Assembly (NCBI GenBank): GCA_047495785.1
Contig: JBLDXI010000024.1
Coordinates: 4,960,001 to 5,024,000 of the forward strand
Reading direction: 5' to 3'
From: Lepidodermella squamata
Taxonomy: Eukaryota; Animalia; Gastrotricha
Length of the DNA stretch: 64,000 nucleotides
Position 1 is the first letter of the stretch. Each line of letters starts with the position of its first letter. A program made the position numbers and the translations under genes. Below, one piece after another: positions 11,055 through 25,200 of this stretch. The notes under the pieces are model-generated. The model was given only the letters and a program-made list of their open reading frames with translations. It ran no database searches and had not been told where the DNA came from.

Positions 11055-14000
11055 ATGGTTAAATCTCTGCCGCTTACATTGGTGTCAAATTATCAATTTC
11101 AATCTAAACACGTTCTTCGCATCATTCCGTCATACCTCCATTCGATTTCGCTCGTCAAGTCTTTTAAATATGTTAACGACAACGACTTTTCGATTGAAAT
11201 TCGCGCCCCGATCTTCTCTAACGAATGGCGGCTATTTATGGAGGAATTTCAACGCACAACCGGTCAATATTTTAAGGCCAAGCCACACGGAACCGATATA
11301 CCACTTGGGGTAAAATTGGCGGCTCGAGAGGAGTCGGTTTGCTTTCACGCTGATCACGGCAGTGGCCAGCACTTGTCTCAAAAGCGAAGCGCGGCACCTG
11401 GAGAGCTTGCGGAGCCACGAAAAACATCGCAGCAGGGCGCGCCGTTTCAGTCGAAAATCACGAAGTGCGAAAGTTCGGTAACGCTAACACAGAAAACCCC
11501 TCTTGTCAATCTCGATACAAAACTCGGCCGCGATGCTGCTCGAAAACGTCTGGAAAACGACCGCTATCTCGAGTCGCACCCGACGACGATTCGTATTGTC
11601 TGGAAGCACAACCACAATATTGGCGTCCTTGAATCTTTAAGGTGGCGTTCTTTCGGCGATGATGTTAAAAACTCAATGACCCGCCTTCTCGAAATTCACT
11701 ACACTCCCGCCGCAGCCGCGAATGCGTATAAAAACGAACTTGAGGAGATGTATCCTTATCGTTCTTGGTTGGAACTGTCCGCCGATCGATCCATCTGCCC
11801 GACGATGAGGTCAGTAATTTAGTAATAATAATAATTTAATTTTTTTTGTAATTTCAGTAATTTAATTACGTCAAATTTTTTAAATTTTATTGGGAATTTT
11901 TCGAATTTTTATTTAAATTTTCTTATTTTCTAATTTCTAATTTCTGAATTATAGAAAATATAATATTAATAATAATATTTTTCATTTTATAGAGATTGGT
12001 ACTACCTCGCTGAAAAAGTTCAACTGAAAGAACATGGCGATCGAGGCGGCGATAAAATGCACGAGAAATTAAAAGAAATTGCCGAAAAAAATCCGGAAAC
12101 CTGCAATTATCGCTTAACTCGCGGCAAAATGGGTGAACCGATATGGGCCCTCCTGATTCGGTCTCCGACTATGCAACGCACTTGGGCGGAAATCAGCGAA
12201 GCGCGCGACATTTTGTTCACAGACTCGACGGCGAGTTGCGACCTCTTGAATAGCGCACTTACGCTAATCGTTTGTGCGTCATCGGCCGGCGCTCTACCTG
12301 TTGCTGTTGCGATTCACTCTGCTCAAACCCACGATTCATACAGGTAAAACTAGATTATTTCACCGAATTACTGTTTTTTTAATTAGAAAAATGCAGTTAG
12401 AAAACGCGCAATTTATCTCTAATTTTTCAATTTTTCAATTTGCCATTTTTTCGTGTATTCAGATTGGTTTTTGGCATGGCGAAGCAGCATGGAATTAGTG
12501 CCAAGCTATTCTTGACCGATGACAGTGATGCAGAGCGAAGCGCCCTCGCGGAAGTTTTTCCGGCTGCTAAGGTTTTACTCTGCGCTTTTCACATCCTTCA
12601 AGCAATGTGGCGCTATCTAATCGAGAAAAGTCACGGCGTTCATCGCGACGACGCGCCTATTTTGATAAAATGTGAGTTGAATTTAAATAAAAATTGACAA
12701 TTTTAATTTTCTTTCACCCTAGTATTTCATGATGTCGTGTTCGCCCTTACGCGCGACGAATACGAAGCCGCAAGAACGGCACTTCTCAACTCGCCAGTCA
12801 CCCTAAAGTACACCAAATGGCGCGTTCACGTTGTCACTGCTTTGCAGCGCTCCAAGTTGTTCGTATTGGCGTTTCGCGATCACAACTCGCACGGGCATAT
12901 GACTAACAATATCGTTGAAAGGTACTAATTAAATTACTAATACAATAAATTATGAAAATTTGAAAATTTAAGGATTTTTTTCAAAAGTTCAATTTTTACA
13001 GCATTTGAAAAATTTGAAATTGAAATTCCAAAAATTCCAAATTATTTCAATTTTAAATCTGAAAATCTTGGAACTTTACTATTATTATTAATGATTATAA
13101 AAGTTGAAGGAAAAAAATATAATGATGATTATCTTTGTATAGGTGCGTTGGCATTTTGAAGGACATCGTTCTTTGCCGAGTCCGCGCTTATAACCCTGTG
13201 GCTCTCGCGAATTATTTACTTGATCAGTTCGATTCCTTTTTTTCGCGAAAACTGCTCGACTTCGCGAACGGACGCCGGGTTCTTAAAACTGAGTGGCTCC
13301 GATATAAAGATGCCGGTATCATCAAAATTACCCAGAACGGTGAGGATCTTCGCTTCTCAGTCAAAACAGAGAAAGGAGGAAATTATGACGTTAACCTGAC
13401 TACCTGGCTGTGCAACTGCCCCTATGGCCGCACGGGTCGTTTTTGCAAACACCTTGTAAGCTTTAGACCTAATTTTTGTATAAATTACTAAAACTTTTTT
13501 TAATTACAGGTTGAAGTGGCCTCGAGTTTGAACGTCGAATTACCGTGCGACCGTCTCGTTTGCCGAACACCGCAAGTCAAACAGCTACTCGCCTACATTG
13601 CGACAGGCACCTGGTCCGACTTGAAACTGTTTCACGGCCTGGTTGAACCAATCGCGTGTGACGGGCCTGATGTCAAACGCGAGTACGTTGCAATTGTTTC
13701 CGAAGAAACGCATCTTCATCAAGAAGTCGAGATCGAAAATGGTGAAGAAGCAGTAAAACCGGACGAAAACGGCGATCAAGCGATCGCTGAGCCAGCGGTC
13801 GATTGCATGGAAGACGCTGTCGAAAATCGCTATGAAGACGACTCAGGGCAATGGGGCGAAACAGCGATTAAAAATATGCGAGCTATGTTTGAAAGCCTTG
13901 AAAACTTTGCAAAAGACAATAGCAACAACCCTGGAGCGATGAAACAGTTGGCGCGTTTTGCCGCGCGCACTACTGCAGTTTCCGAGTTGGGTGTTATGGC

Positions 14001-14211
14001 TACCGAATCATGGATGGCACGCTGTCTAGCAAAATCAACCGGTCACCGCCGCGGTGCGGCTATTCACGTGTTAAACGCCGCTCGACGAAAATACCAAATC
14101 GGTTCGTCGCAAAAACTTCAGGCTGGCCGGAAGCCGACGAACTGGCGACCGCCTAGGCATTACAAGCCGCGAGGTCGTAATTTCATGACCCGAATGGGCA
14201 TCAGCGAGTGA
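11055..14211 (+). CDS. MULE transposase with SWIM zinc finger, 6 exons, ~842 aa
   Basis: Exons 11055-11809, 11993-12343, 12463-12671, 12723-12921, 13143-13455, 13510-14211 join in frame via GT-AG introns (2,529 nt). Motifs: N-terminal C..C..HNH finger, FTDST (D1), FLTDDSDAERSAL (D2), LLCAFH (CxxH), TNNIVER (E), CNC...CKH (SWIM). Confidence 0.9.
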
Positions 14212-14464
14212 AAATGTGCTTCATCTATGTGTTTTGTTTTGTCTACTTTAAATGTTGTCTACGAATTTTCTAAAAAAATTTAATTCAATTAATTTTCTTG
14301 TGAACTCGGTACAAGAAGCTGTAAAATTCGATGTAGTAAAATTGAATTTTCGACGATAAGTAATACAACTTTGTGTTTACTCGACAGCGCGCGTGTCGTT
14401 AAAGTGGTTATGCAACGGCGTGCGCGCGTGCGCGGCGGTGGCGCAACAGCGGGAGGCTAGCGAA

Positions 14465-14523
14465 ATGCGCCGACCAATAGGAATGCGCGCGCGGAGGAAA
14501 CACCGGCGGATGGGGAAATGTGC
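14465..14523 (-). repeat. MULE right TIR
   Basis: Inverted copy of 10785-10843 with one mismatch. Confidence 0.96.
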
Positions 14524-15491
14524 TAAATTTAATCTGCCTGCAATCTACCACGCATTTCAAGGGCCTTCCTAGCTCAGTCGGTAGAGCATGTGACTTTTAA
14601 TCACAGGGTCGGGGGTTCGAGTCCCCCGGAGGGCGCAAGCTTTTTCCTCAGTTGCTCGGTTTAGCTGCATTCGGCTGATTTCACCGCTTCGTCGAATCAC
14701 TTGCCGTGGCGTTAACTACGAAGGGGGATTAGCTCAAATGGTAGAGCGCTCGCTTAGCATGCGAGAGGTAACGGGATCGACGCCCGTATCCTCCACAATT
14801 TTTTCTGCCTGTAGAAACGGTTTGTTCGCCGAAATGAGACGTCGTCCCTGAAATTCTAGCTGTCACCTTCGGCTCAGTAGCTTAGTGGTAGAGCGTCTGC
14901 CTAGTAAGCAGAAGATCGAGGGTTCGATCCCCCCCTGAGCCTGGTATTGGGTGAATTTTTTGAAAATAAAGCCACAAAACTTTGCCAGTCAGTTTTTATG
15001 TTGCAGGCGTGGAAATGATAAAAATGTTCCCTGACCGGGAATCGAACCCGGGCCGCCGCGGTGAAAGCGCGGAATCCTAACCACTAGACCATCAGGGAGA
15101 TGATGACAACGAGACCACTGGACGTGGTGTTCATCTGTCATTCAGCGCTTTTCGCAGGTTGTCAAAGGTAAAAATGCGGCGGGCCCGTTCGGGAATTGAA
15201 CCCGAGACCTCTCGCACCCGAAGCGAGAATCATACCCCTAGACCAACGGGCCGGTGCTACGCTGCCGCTAGGAAGGCTCTACCTAAGCGTTCGTAATGAC
15301 ACTTGGGGTTACCAAAAACGTGGGGCACGCCGAGACCCGGGATCGAACCAGGGACCTTTAGATCTTCAGTCTAACGCTCTCCCAACTGAGCTATCTCGGC
15401 TGTTATGTACAGCAGTGGTAAAGTTGATGCTTCGCTAGCTCATTGCAGGCTGTTATAGTTTGATCTAAAAATTGCGCTCCTGGGTGGGCTC

Positions 15492-15531
<40 letters not shown>

Positions 15532-18500
15532 AATTGCGCCACAGAAGCTCACGGCAGGCAGAACTAGCAGGAGGCTAAGGCCTAACAACGATTGGCCAAG
15601 GTCTGCGAACTTGGGTCCAGTTCGATGTGCAGTCATTAGAGTAGCGGACGCGATTTTATCCTTTACGGCTTTTGCAGCCGACAAGCTTTTGTGATACACC
15701 AGCTTAACATTACCTCACCCCTCACGCGACCCGCGATAGCTCAGCTGGTAGAGCGGAGGACTGTAGATGCAACGCAGCTATCCTTAGGTCGGTGGTTCAA
15801 GTCCGCCTCGCGGGATCGATGACTTTTTTACAGCTGATGAGCCCGCAGAATCGGTTATTTTCGAGCCTCGAAGAAGCTTTGCCATCTTGCATCAGGCCCG
15901 TTGGTCTAGGGGTATGATTCTCGCTTTGGGTGCGAGAGGTCTCGGGTTCAAATCCCGGACGGGCCCAAGCTTTTTGATATAATAGCCGAAGCGGCGGCAT
16001 TACAAAAGGTGCATGCAATAAATAGCCTTCAGCAAGTAATGCTATCATAGCGGCATCGGTGGTTCAGTGGTAGAATTCTCGCCTGCCACGCGGGAGGCCC
16101 GGGTTCGATTCCCGGCCGATGCAAGCGGCCCTGTTTTTGCATGAAAGCTTTGAGCAGCACCCGGCGAACAATGAAGCGCGGAAATTCAAAAGCAATGCCA
16201 ACAGACTCCATGTCACCAAAATCCTTGGTAGTATAGTGGTTAGTATCCCCGCCTGTCACGCGGGAGACCAGGGTTCGATTCCCTGCCAAGGAGTCAGCTT
16301 TTTACATGCGGATTTGTGGATTTCAAGCAAATTTATTCAGTAATAACGTGCAAAAATGTTGATTGCCGCCCGATGTGGGGCTCGAACCCACGACCCTGGG
16401 ATTAAGAGTCCCATGCTCTACCGACTGAGCTAACCGGGCTTAGCCGACATAGCTGATAACTAGGGCAGGTTCAAAGACCCAAATCAGGCATGCGACACGA
16501 GTCAGAGACAGAGAGTGTGTAAAAACATTCGAGGCTGCCAGGAGTCGAACCTGGAATCTTCTGATCCGTAGTCAGACGCGTTGTCCATTGCGCCACAACC
16601 CCATCGTGTTGATTTAGCATCATGATACGTACAGCGTTGTAGCACAGGAAAAAGCATAAAATGTATGTCAGAAGTGGGATTCGAACCCACGCCAGTAGAA
16701 ACTGACTGCGACCTGAACGCAGCGCCTTGGACCGCTCGGCCATCCTGACGGGATGGTGGTATAGATTGATATCCCGCAGACGGCATTTCGCAAAGCCAGT
16801 AGAGCGTCGCCACAAAGTACTTAGTTTAATTACCTGTTGCCAATATAAAACTTAAACTAGCCAGCAATGTCGATCAGGGTGTATCGTTGTTGAAACTGCT
16901 GAATGAGCACTCAAGTCGCTATGCCCGAGTGGTTAAGGGGTCTGACTAGAAATCAGATGCGGTCTCCGCGCGTAGGTTCAAATCCTACTGGCGACGACAG
17001 TTATTTTTGCAATATAACGACTGAAAGTCAGTTCTGCAATTAGTCTCCATAATACAGTCCTCGCATTCATCAGGCGTCAGTGGTGTAACGGTCAGCATGG
17101 TTGCCTTCCAAGCAGCCGATCCGGGTTCGACTCCCGGCTGACGCACACGTTTTTAGCTCACACGTTTGAGAGCAGCAAACGCATTGCTAGTGACGAGATG
17201 AAAGCTTTCCTTTCCAAAAGCAGCGTTCGAGAGGTCCCATGGTGTAGCGGTTAGCACTCTGGACTCTGAATCCAGCGACTCGAGTTCGATTCTCGATGGG
17301 ACCTTGATCGGTTTTTTCAAACAAACATAGCTGGAACTCAACAGCTGGAAACTTGCGATCATAATATTTGTTACCATTCAAACCTTTTCTTTCACTAGCC
17401 TAGGGGGCATAGCTCAGTGGTAGAGCGTCTCATTCGCATTGTGAAGGTCTCGGGTTCAATCCCCGATGCCTCCAGTTGGCACTTTTTTCGCGTAAATGTT
17501 GAGAAGTAACAGCCATAATACTGATGATATGAATCGGAAATAAGTCTAAGCATGCGAAAAAAGAGTGTCAGAAGTGGGGTTCGAACCCACGCCCTCTTTC
17601 GAGGACCAGATCTTGAGTCTGGCGCCTTAGACCGCTCGGCCATCCTGACCGTCTGACTGAATATTCAATTTGATTCAGATGAACCAGCGCGGGTTCAGCT
17701 TCGAGCATGCAATAAACCTCAAATCTTGTATAGGCTATACTTCATGTGACAGGCGCTGTGGCGAAATGGCTATCGCGTCGGACTTCGGATCCGAAGATTG
17801 TGGGTTCGAGTCCCATCAGCGTCGTCCGCTTTTGTATTTTTGTTAGTTTCAGTAGGCTTCTGAAGCCATTTAAACAAATATTTCGACAACTGCTTGCGTA
17901 AATTTAATCTGCCTGCAATCTACCACGCATTTCAAGGGCCTTCCTAGCTCAGTCGGTAGAGCATGTGACTTTTAATCACAGGGTCGGGGGTTCGAGTCCC
18001 CCGGAGGGCGCAAGCTTTTTCCTCAGTTGCTCGGTTTAGCTGCATTCGGCTGATTTCACCGCTTCGTCGAATCACTTGCTTTGGCGTTAACTACGAAGGG
18101 GGATTAGCTCAAATGGTAGAGCGCTCGCTTAGCATGCGAGAGGTAACGGGATCGACGCCCGTATCCTCCACAATTTTTTCTGCCTGTAGAAACGGTTTGT
18201 TCGCCGAAATGAGACGTCGTCCCTGAAATTCTAGCTGTCACCTTCGGCTCAGTAGCTTAGTGGTAGAGCGTCTGCCTAGTAAGCAGAAGATCGAGGGTTC
18301 GATCCCCCCCTGAGCCTGGTATTGGGTGAATTTTTTGAAAATAAAGCCACAAAACTTTGCCAGTCAGTTTTTATGTTGCAGGCGTGGAAATGATAAAAAT
18401 GTTCCCTGACCGGGAATCGAACCCGGGCCGCCGCGGTGAAAGCGCGGAATCCTAACCACTAGACCATCAGGGAGATGATGACAACGAGACCACTGGACGT

Positions 18501-18866
18501 GGTGTTCATCTGTCATTCAGCGCTTTTCGCAGGTTGTCAAAGGTAAAAATGCGGCGGGCCCGTTCGGGAATTGAACCCGAGACCTCTCGCACCCGAAGCG
18601 AGAATCATACCCCTAGACCAACGGGCCGGTGCTACGCCGCCGCTAGGAAGGCTCTACCTAAGCGTTCGTAATGACACTTGGGGTTACCAAAAACGTGGGG
18701 CACGCCGAGACCCGGGATCGAACCAGGGACCTTTAGATCTTCAGTCTAACGCTCTCCCAACTGAGCTATCTCGGCTGTTATGTACAGCAGTGGTAAAGTT
18801 GATGCTTCGCTAGCTCATTGCAGGCTGTTATAGTTTGATCTAAAAATTGCGCTCCTGGGTGGGCTC

Positions 18867-18906
<40 letters not shown>

Positions 18907-21900
18907 AATTGCGCCACAGAAGCTCACGGCAGGCAGAACTAGCAGGAGGCTAAGGCCTAACAACGATTGGCCAAGGTCTGCGAACTTGGGTCCAGTTCGA
19001 TGTGCAGTCATTAGAGTAGCGGACGCGATTTTATCCTTTACGGCTTTTGCAGCCGACAAGCTTTTGTGATACACCAGCTTAACATTACCTCACCCCTCAC
19101 GCGACCCGCGATAGCTCAGCTGGTAGAGCGGAGGACTGTAGATGCAACGCAGCTATCCTTAGGTCGGTGGTTCAAGTCCGCCTCGCGGGATCGATGACTT
19201 TTTTACAGCTGATGAGCCCGCAGAATCGGTTATTTTCGAGCCTCGAAGAAGCTTTGCCATCTTGCATCAGGCCCGTTGGTCTAGGGGTATGATTCTCGCT
19301 TTGGGTGCGAGAGGTCTCGGGTTCAAATCCCGGACGGGCCCAAGCTTTTTGATATAATAGCCGAAGCGGCGGCATTACAAAAGGTGCATGCAATAAATAG
19401 CCTTCAGCAAGTAATGCTATCATAGCGGCATCGGTGGTTCAGTGGTAGAATTCTCGCCTGCCACGCGGGAGGCCCGGGTTCGATTCCCGGCCGATGCAAG
19501 CGGCCCTGTTTTTGCATGAAAGCTTTGAGCAGCACCCGGCGAACAATGAAGCGCGGAAATTCAAAAGCAATGCCAACAGACTCCATGTCACCAAAATCCT
19601 TGGTAGTATAGTGGTTAGTATCCCCGCCTGTCACGCGGGAGACCAGGGTTCGATTCCCTGCCAAGGAGTCAGCTTTTTACATGCGGATTTGTGGATTTCA
19701 AGCAAATTTATTCAGTAATAACGTGCAAAAATGTTGATTGCCGCCCGATGTGGGGCTCGAACCCACGACCCTGGGATTAAGAGTCCCATGCTCTACCGAC
19801 TGAGCTAACCGGGCTTAGCCGACATAGCTGATGACTAGGGCAGGTTCAAAGACCCAAATCAGGCATGCGACACGAGTCAGAGACAGAGAGTGTGTAAAAA
19901 CATTCGAGGCTGCCAGGAGTCGAACCTGGAATCTTCTGATCCGTAGTCAGACGCGTTGTCCATTGCGCCACAACCCCATCGTGTTGATTTAGCATCATAT
20001 CGTTGATGATACGTACAGCGTTGTAGCACAGGAAAAAGCATAAAATGTATGTCAGAAGTGGGATTCGAACCCACGCCAGTAGAAACTGACTGCGACCTGA
20101 ACGCAGCGCCTTGGACCGCTCGGCCATCCTGACGGGATGGTGGTATAGATTGATATCCCGCAGACGGCATTTCGCAAAGCCAGTAGAGCGTCGCCACAAA
20201 GTACTTAGTTTAATTACCTGTTGCCAATATAAAACTTAAACTAGCCAGCAATGTCGATCAGGGTGTATCGTTGTTGAAACTGCTGAATGAGCACTCAAGT
20301 CGCTATGCCCGAGTGGTTAAGGGGTCTGACTAGAAATCAGATGCGGTCTCCGCGCGTAGGTTCAAATCCTACTGGCGACGACAGTTATTTTTGCAATATA
20401 ACGACTGAAAGTCAGTTCTGCAATTAGTCTCCATAATATACAGTCCTCGCATTCATCAGGCGTCAGTGGTGTAACGGTCAGCATGGTTGCCTTCCAAGCA
20501 GCCGATCCGGGTTCGACTCCCGGCTGACGCACACGTTTTTAGCTCACACGTTTGAGAGCAGCAAACGCATTGCTAGTGACGAGATGAAAGCTTTCCTTTC
20601 CAAAAGCAGCGTTCGAGAGGTCCCATGGTGTAGCGGTTAGCACTCTGGACTCTGAATCCAGCGACTCGAGTTCGATTCTCGATGGGACCTTGATCGGTTT
20701 TTTCAAACAAACATAGCTGGAACTCAACAGCTGGAAACTTGCGATCATAATATTTGTTACCATTCAAACCTTTTCTTTCACTAGCCTAGGGGGCATAGCT
20801 CAGTGGTAGAGCGTCTCATTCGCATTGTGAAGGTCTCGGGTTCAATCCCCGATGCCTCCAGTTGGCACTTTTTTCGCGTAAATGTTGAGAAGTAACAGCC
20901 ATAATACTGATGATATGAATCGGAAATAAGTCTAAGCATGCGAAAAAAGAGTGTCAGAAGTGGGGTTCGAACCCACGCCCTCTTTCGAGGACCAGATCTT
21001 GAGTCTGGCGCCTTAGACCGCTCGGCCATCCTGACCGTCTGACTGAATATTCAATTTGATTCAGATGAACCAGCGCGGGTTCAGCTTCGAGCATGCAATA
21101 AACCTCAAATCTTGTATAGGCTATACTTCATGTGACAGGCGCTGTGGCGAAATGGCTATCGCGTCGGACTTCGGATCCGAAGATTGTGGGTTCGAGTCCC
21201 ATCAGCGTCGTCCGCTTTTGTATTTTTGTTAGTTTCAGTAGGCTTCTGAAGCCATTTAAACAAATATTTCGACAACTGCTTGCGTAAATTTAATCTGCCT
21301 GCAATCTACCACGCATTTCAAGGGCCTTCCTAGCTCAGTCGGTAGAGCATGTGACTTTTAATCACAGGGTCGGGGGTTCGAGTCCCCCGGAGGGCGCAAG
21401 CTTTTTCCTCAGTTGCTCGGTTTAGCTGCATTCGGCTGATTTCACCGCTTCGTCGAATCACTTGCCGTGGCGTTAACTACGAAGGGGGATTAGCTCAAAT
21501 GGTAGAGCGCTCGCTTAGCATGCGAGAGGTAACGGGATCGACGCCCGTATCCTCCACAATTTTTTCTGCCTGTAGAAACGGTTTGTTCGCCGAAATGAGA
21601 CGTCGTCCCTGAAATTCTAGCTGTCACCTTCGGCTCAGTAGCTTAGTGGTAGAGCGTCTGCCTAGTAAGCAGAAGATCGAGGGTTCGATCCCCCCCTGAG
21701 CCTGGTATTGGGTGAATTTTTTGAAAATAAAGCCACAAAACTTTGCCAGTCAGTTTTTATGTTGCAGGCGTGGAAATGATAAAAATGTTGCCTGACCGGG
21801 AATCGAACCCGGGCCGCCGCGGTGAAAGCGCGGAATCCTAACCACTAGACCATCAGGGAGATGATGACAACGAGACCACTGGACGTGGTGTTCATCTGTC

Positions 21901-22252
21901 ATTCAGCGCTTTTCGCAGGTTGTCAAAGGTAAAAATGCGGCGGGCCCGTTCGGGAATTGAACCCGAGACCTCTCGCACCCGAAGCGAGAATCATACCCCT
22001 AGACCAACGGGCCGGTGCTACGCTGCCGCTAGGAAGGCTCTACCTAAGCGTTCGTAATGACACTTGGGGTTACCAAAAACGTGGGGCACGCCGAGACCCG
22101 GGATCGAACCAGGGACCTTTAGATCTTCAGTCTAACGCTCTCCCAACTGAGCTATCTCGGCTGTTATGTACAGCAGTGGTAAAGTTGATGCTTCGCTAGC
22201 TCATTGCAGGCTGTTATAGTTTGATCTAAAAATTGCGCTCCTGGGTGGGCTC

Positions 22253-22292
<40 letters not shown>

Positions 22293-25200
22293 AATTGCGC
22301 CACAGAAGCTCACGGCAGGCAGAACTAGCAGGAGGCTAAGGCCTAACAACGATTGGCCAAGGTCTGCGAACTTGGGTCCAGTTCGATGTGCAGTCATTAG
22401 AGTAGCGGACGCGATTTTATCCTTTACGGCTTTTGCAGCCGACAAGCTTTTGTGATACACCAGCTTAACATTACCTCACCCCTCACGCGACCCGCGATAG
22501 CTCAGCTGGTAGAGCGGAGGACTGTAGATGCAACGCAGCTATCCTTAGGTCGGTGGTTCAAGTCCGCCTCGCGGGATCGATGACTTTTTTACAGCTGATG
22601 AGCCCGCAGAATCGGTTATTTTCGAGCCTCGAAGAAGCTTTGCCATCTTGCATCAGGCCCGTTGGTCTAGGGGTATGATTCTCGCTTTGGGTGCGAGAGG
22701 TCTCGGGTTCAAATCCCGGACGGGCCCAAGCTTTTTGATATAATAGCCGAAGCGGCGGCATTACAAAAGGTGCATGCAATAAATAGCCTTCAGCAAGTAA
22801 TGCTATCATAGCGGCATCGGTGGTTCAGTGGTAGAATTCTCGCCTGCCACGCGGGAGGCCCGGGTTCGATTCCCGGCCGATGCAAGCGGCCCTGTTTTTG
22901 CATGAAAGCTTTGAGCAGCACCCGGCGAACAATGAAGCGCGGAAATTCAAAAGCAATGCCAACAGACTCCATGTCACCAAAATCCTTGGTAGTATAGTGG
23001 TTAGTATCCCCGCCTGTCACGCGGGAGACCAGGGTTCGATTCCCTGCCAAGGAGTCAGCTTTTTACATGCGGATTTGTGGATTTCAAGCAAATTTATTCA
23101 GTAATAACGTGCAAAAATGTTGATTGCCGCCCGATGTGGGGCTCGAACCCACGACCCTGGGATTAAGAGTCCCATGCTCTACCGACTGAGCTAACCGGGC
23201 TTAGCCGACATAGCTGATAACTAGGGCAGGTTCAAAGACCCAAATCAGGCATGCGACACGAGTCAGAGACAGAGAGTGTGTAAAAACATTCGAGGCTGCC
23301 AGGAGTCGAACCTGGAATCTTCTGATCCGTAGTCAGACGCGTTGTCCATTGCGCCACAACCCCATCGTGTTGATTTAGCATCATGATACGTACAGCGTTG
23401 TAGCACAGGAAAAAGCATAAAATGTATGTCAGAAGTGGGATTCGAACCCACGCCAGTAGAAACTGACTGCGACCTGAACGCAGCGCCTTGGACCGCTCGG
23501 CCATCCTGACGGGATGGTGGTATAGATTGATATCCCGCAGACGGCATTTCGCAAAGCCAGTAGAGCGTCGCCACAAAGTACTTAGTTTAATTACCTGTTG
23601 CCAATATAAAACTTAAACTAGCCAGCAATGTCGATCAGGGTGTATCGTTGTTGAAACTGCTGAATGAGCACTCAAGTCGCTATGCCCGAGTGGTTAAGGG
23701 GTCTGACTAGAAATCAGATGCGGTCTCCGCGCGTAGGTTCAAATCCTACTGGCGACGACAGTTATTTTTGCAATATAACGACTGAAAGTCAGTTCTGCAA
23801 TTAGTCTCCATAATACAGTCCTCGCATTCATCAGGCGTCAGTGGTGTAACGGTCAGCATGGTTGCCTTCCAAGCAGCCGATCCGGGTTCGACTCCCGGCT
23901 GACGCACACGTTTTTAGCTCACACGTTTGAGAGCAGCAAACGCATTGCTAGTGACGAGATGAAAGCTTTCCTTTCCAAAAGCAGCGTTCGAGAGGTCCCA
24001 TGGTGTAGCGGTTAGCACTCTGGACTCTGAATCCAGCGACTCGAGTTCGATTCTCGATGGGACCTTGATCAGTTTTTTCAAACAAACATAGCTGGAACTC
24101 AACAGCTGGAAACTTGCGATCATAATATTTGTTACCATTCAAACCTTTTCTTTCACTAGCCTAGGGGGCATAGCTCAGTGGTAGAGCGTCTCATTCGCAT
24201 TGTGAAGGTCTCGGGTTCAATCCCCGATGCCTCCAGTTGGCACTTTTTTCGCGTAAATGTTGAGAAGTAACAGCAATAATACTGATGATATGAATCGGAA
24301 ATAAGTCTAAGCATGCGAAAAAAGAGTGTCAGAAGTGGGGTTCGAACCCACGCCCTCTTTCGAGGACCAGATCTTGAGTCTGGCGCCTTAGACCGCTCGG
24401 CCATCCTGACCGTCTGACTGAATATCGTTCGTGTTGCGACGTAAGGGACCGCCTGTACTAGCGCATATTTCTATATATCATTATACCGCTACATTGCGGT
24501 TGTTTACAACTGCGGAGCGGTTGCATCCCAAATTACTATCTTTGGTTCAAGGGCTATAAAATTGCCATTAGCTGCGATTGCTATCGTGCGTTCTTGGACT
24601 CTTGGAGAGAAAAGAGAAATTCAGCTTTTCCCCCTATCATTCCTATAATTCTTCAAATTTTTCACGCTTTCTTCTGGAATTCTTCGATTGCAGATTTAAC
24701 AGGTAGCAAAAACGAGCTGCTGTGAGCAATGAAAAACTATTATTATCCGTGACTCGGTGCCGTAAATCTTTATTTTCAATGCAGCGAAATAATTGAAAAT
24801 GAACAAAGGAAATGAAACTAAGAGAACAATTCATCACACTTTGTTTAACAGAAATGGCGATAACAGGTTGAATATATCGAAAGAGCCAGCACTCTGCAAT
24901 AGTATAGTAGCGACCTTACGCCGTAATTTTCCATTTCCGATTCCCAATCCATATCCAATATCCAATCTTTATCCAATCAGCTATAACTCAAGTGCCGAAT
25001 TCGAGTAAAAGTTGAAGTATAATAATCCTAATAAACAATGCAGAATTTAAAATTTAACACAGCAGCTAAGAGGATGTACTTAACTACTTTAATAGCTGCG
25101 AGAGATATTGCAATAAGATTTTAATGAATTATTATTACGTATTTTAGAAACGAGCCATTCTAAATTTAAAGGTCCTCTGATTTCTACGAGAAATTATAGA

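Larger units (their letters stand above)
10785..14523 (+). mobile_element. Mutator/MULE DNA transposon, apparently intact and autonomous (3,739 bp)
   Basis: 59-bp TIRs with 1 mismatch; perfect 9-bp TSD TAAATTTAA (10776-10784 / 14524-14532), present once in empty units; encodes a MULE+SWIM transposase. Confidence 0.96.

Noticed and set aside
10647-11313. ORFs overlapping the MULE left end as a mudrB-like accessory gene
   Set aside because: They run through the GC-rich TIR into flanking tRNA sequence or overlap the transposase in another frame, with no motifs.
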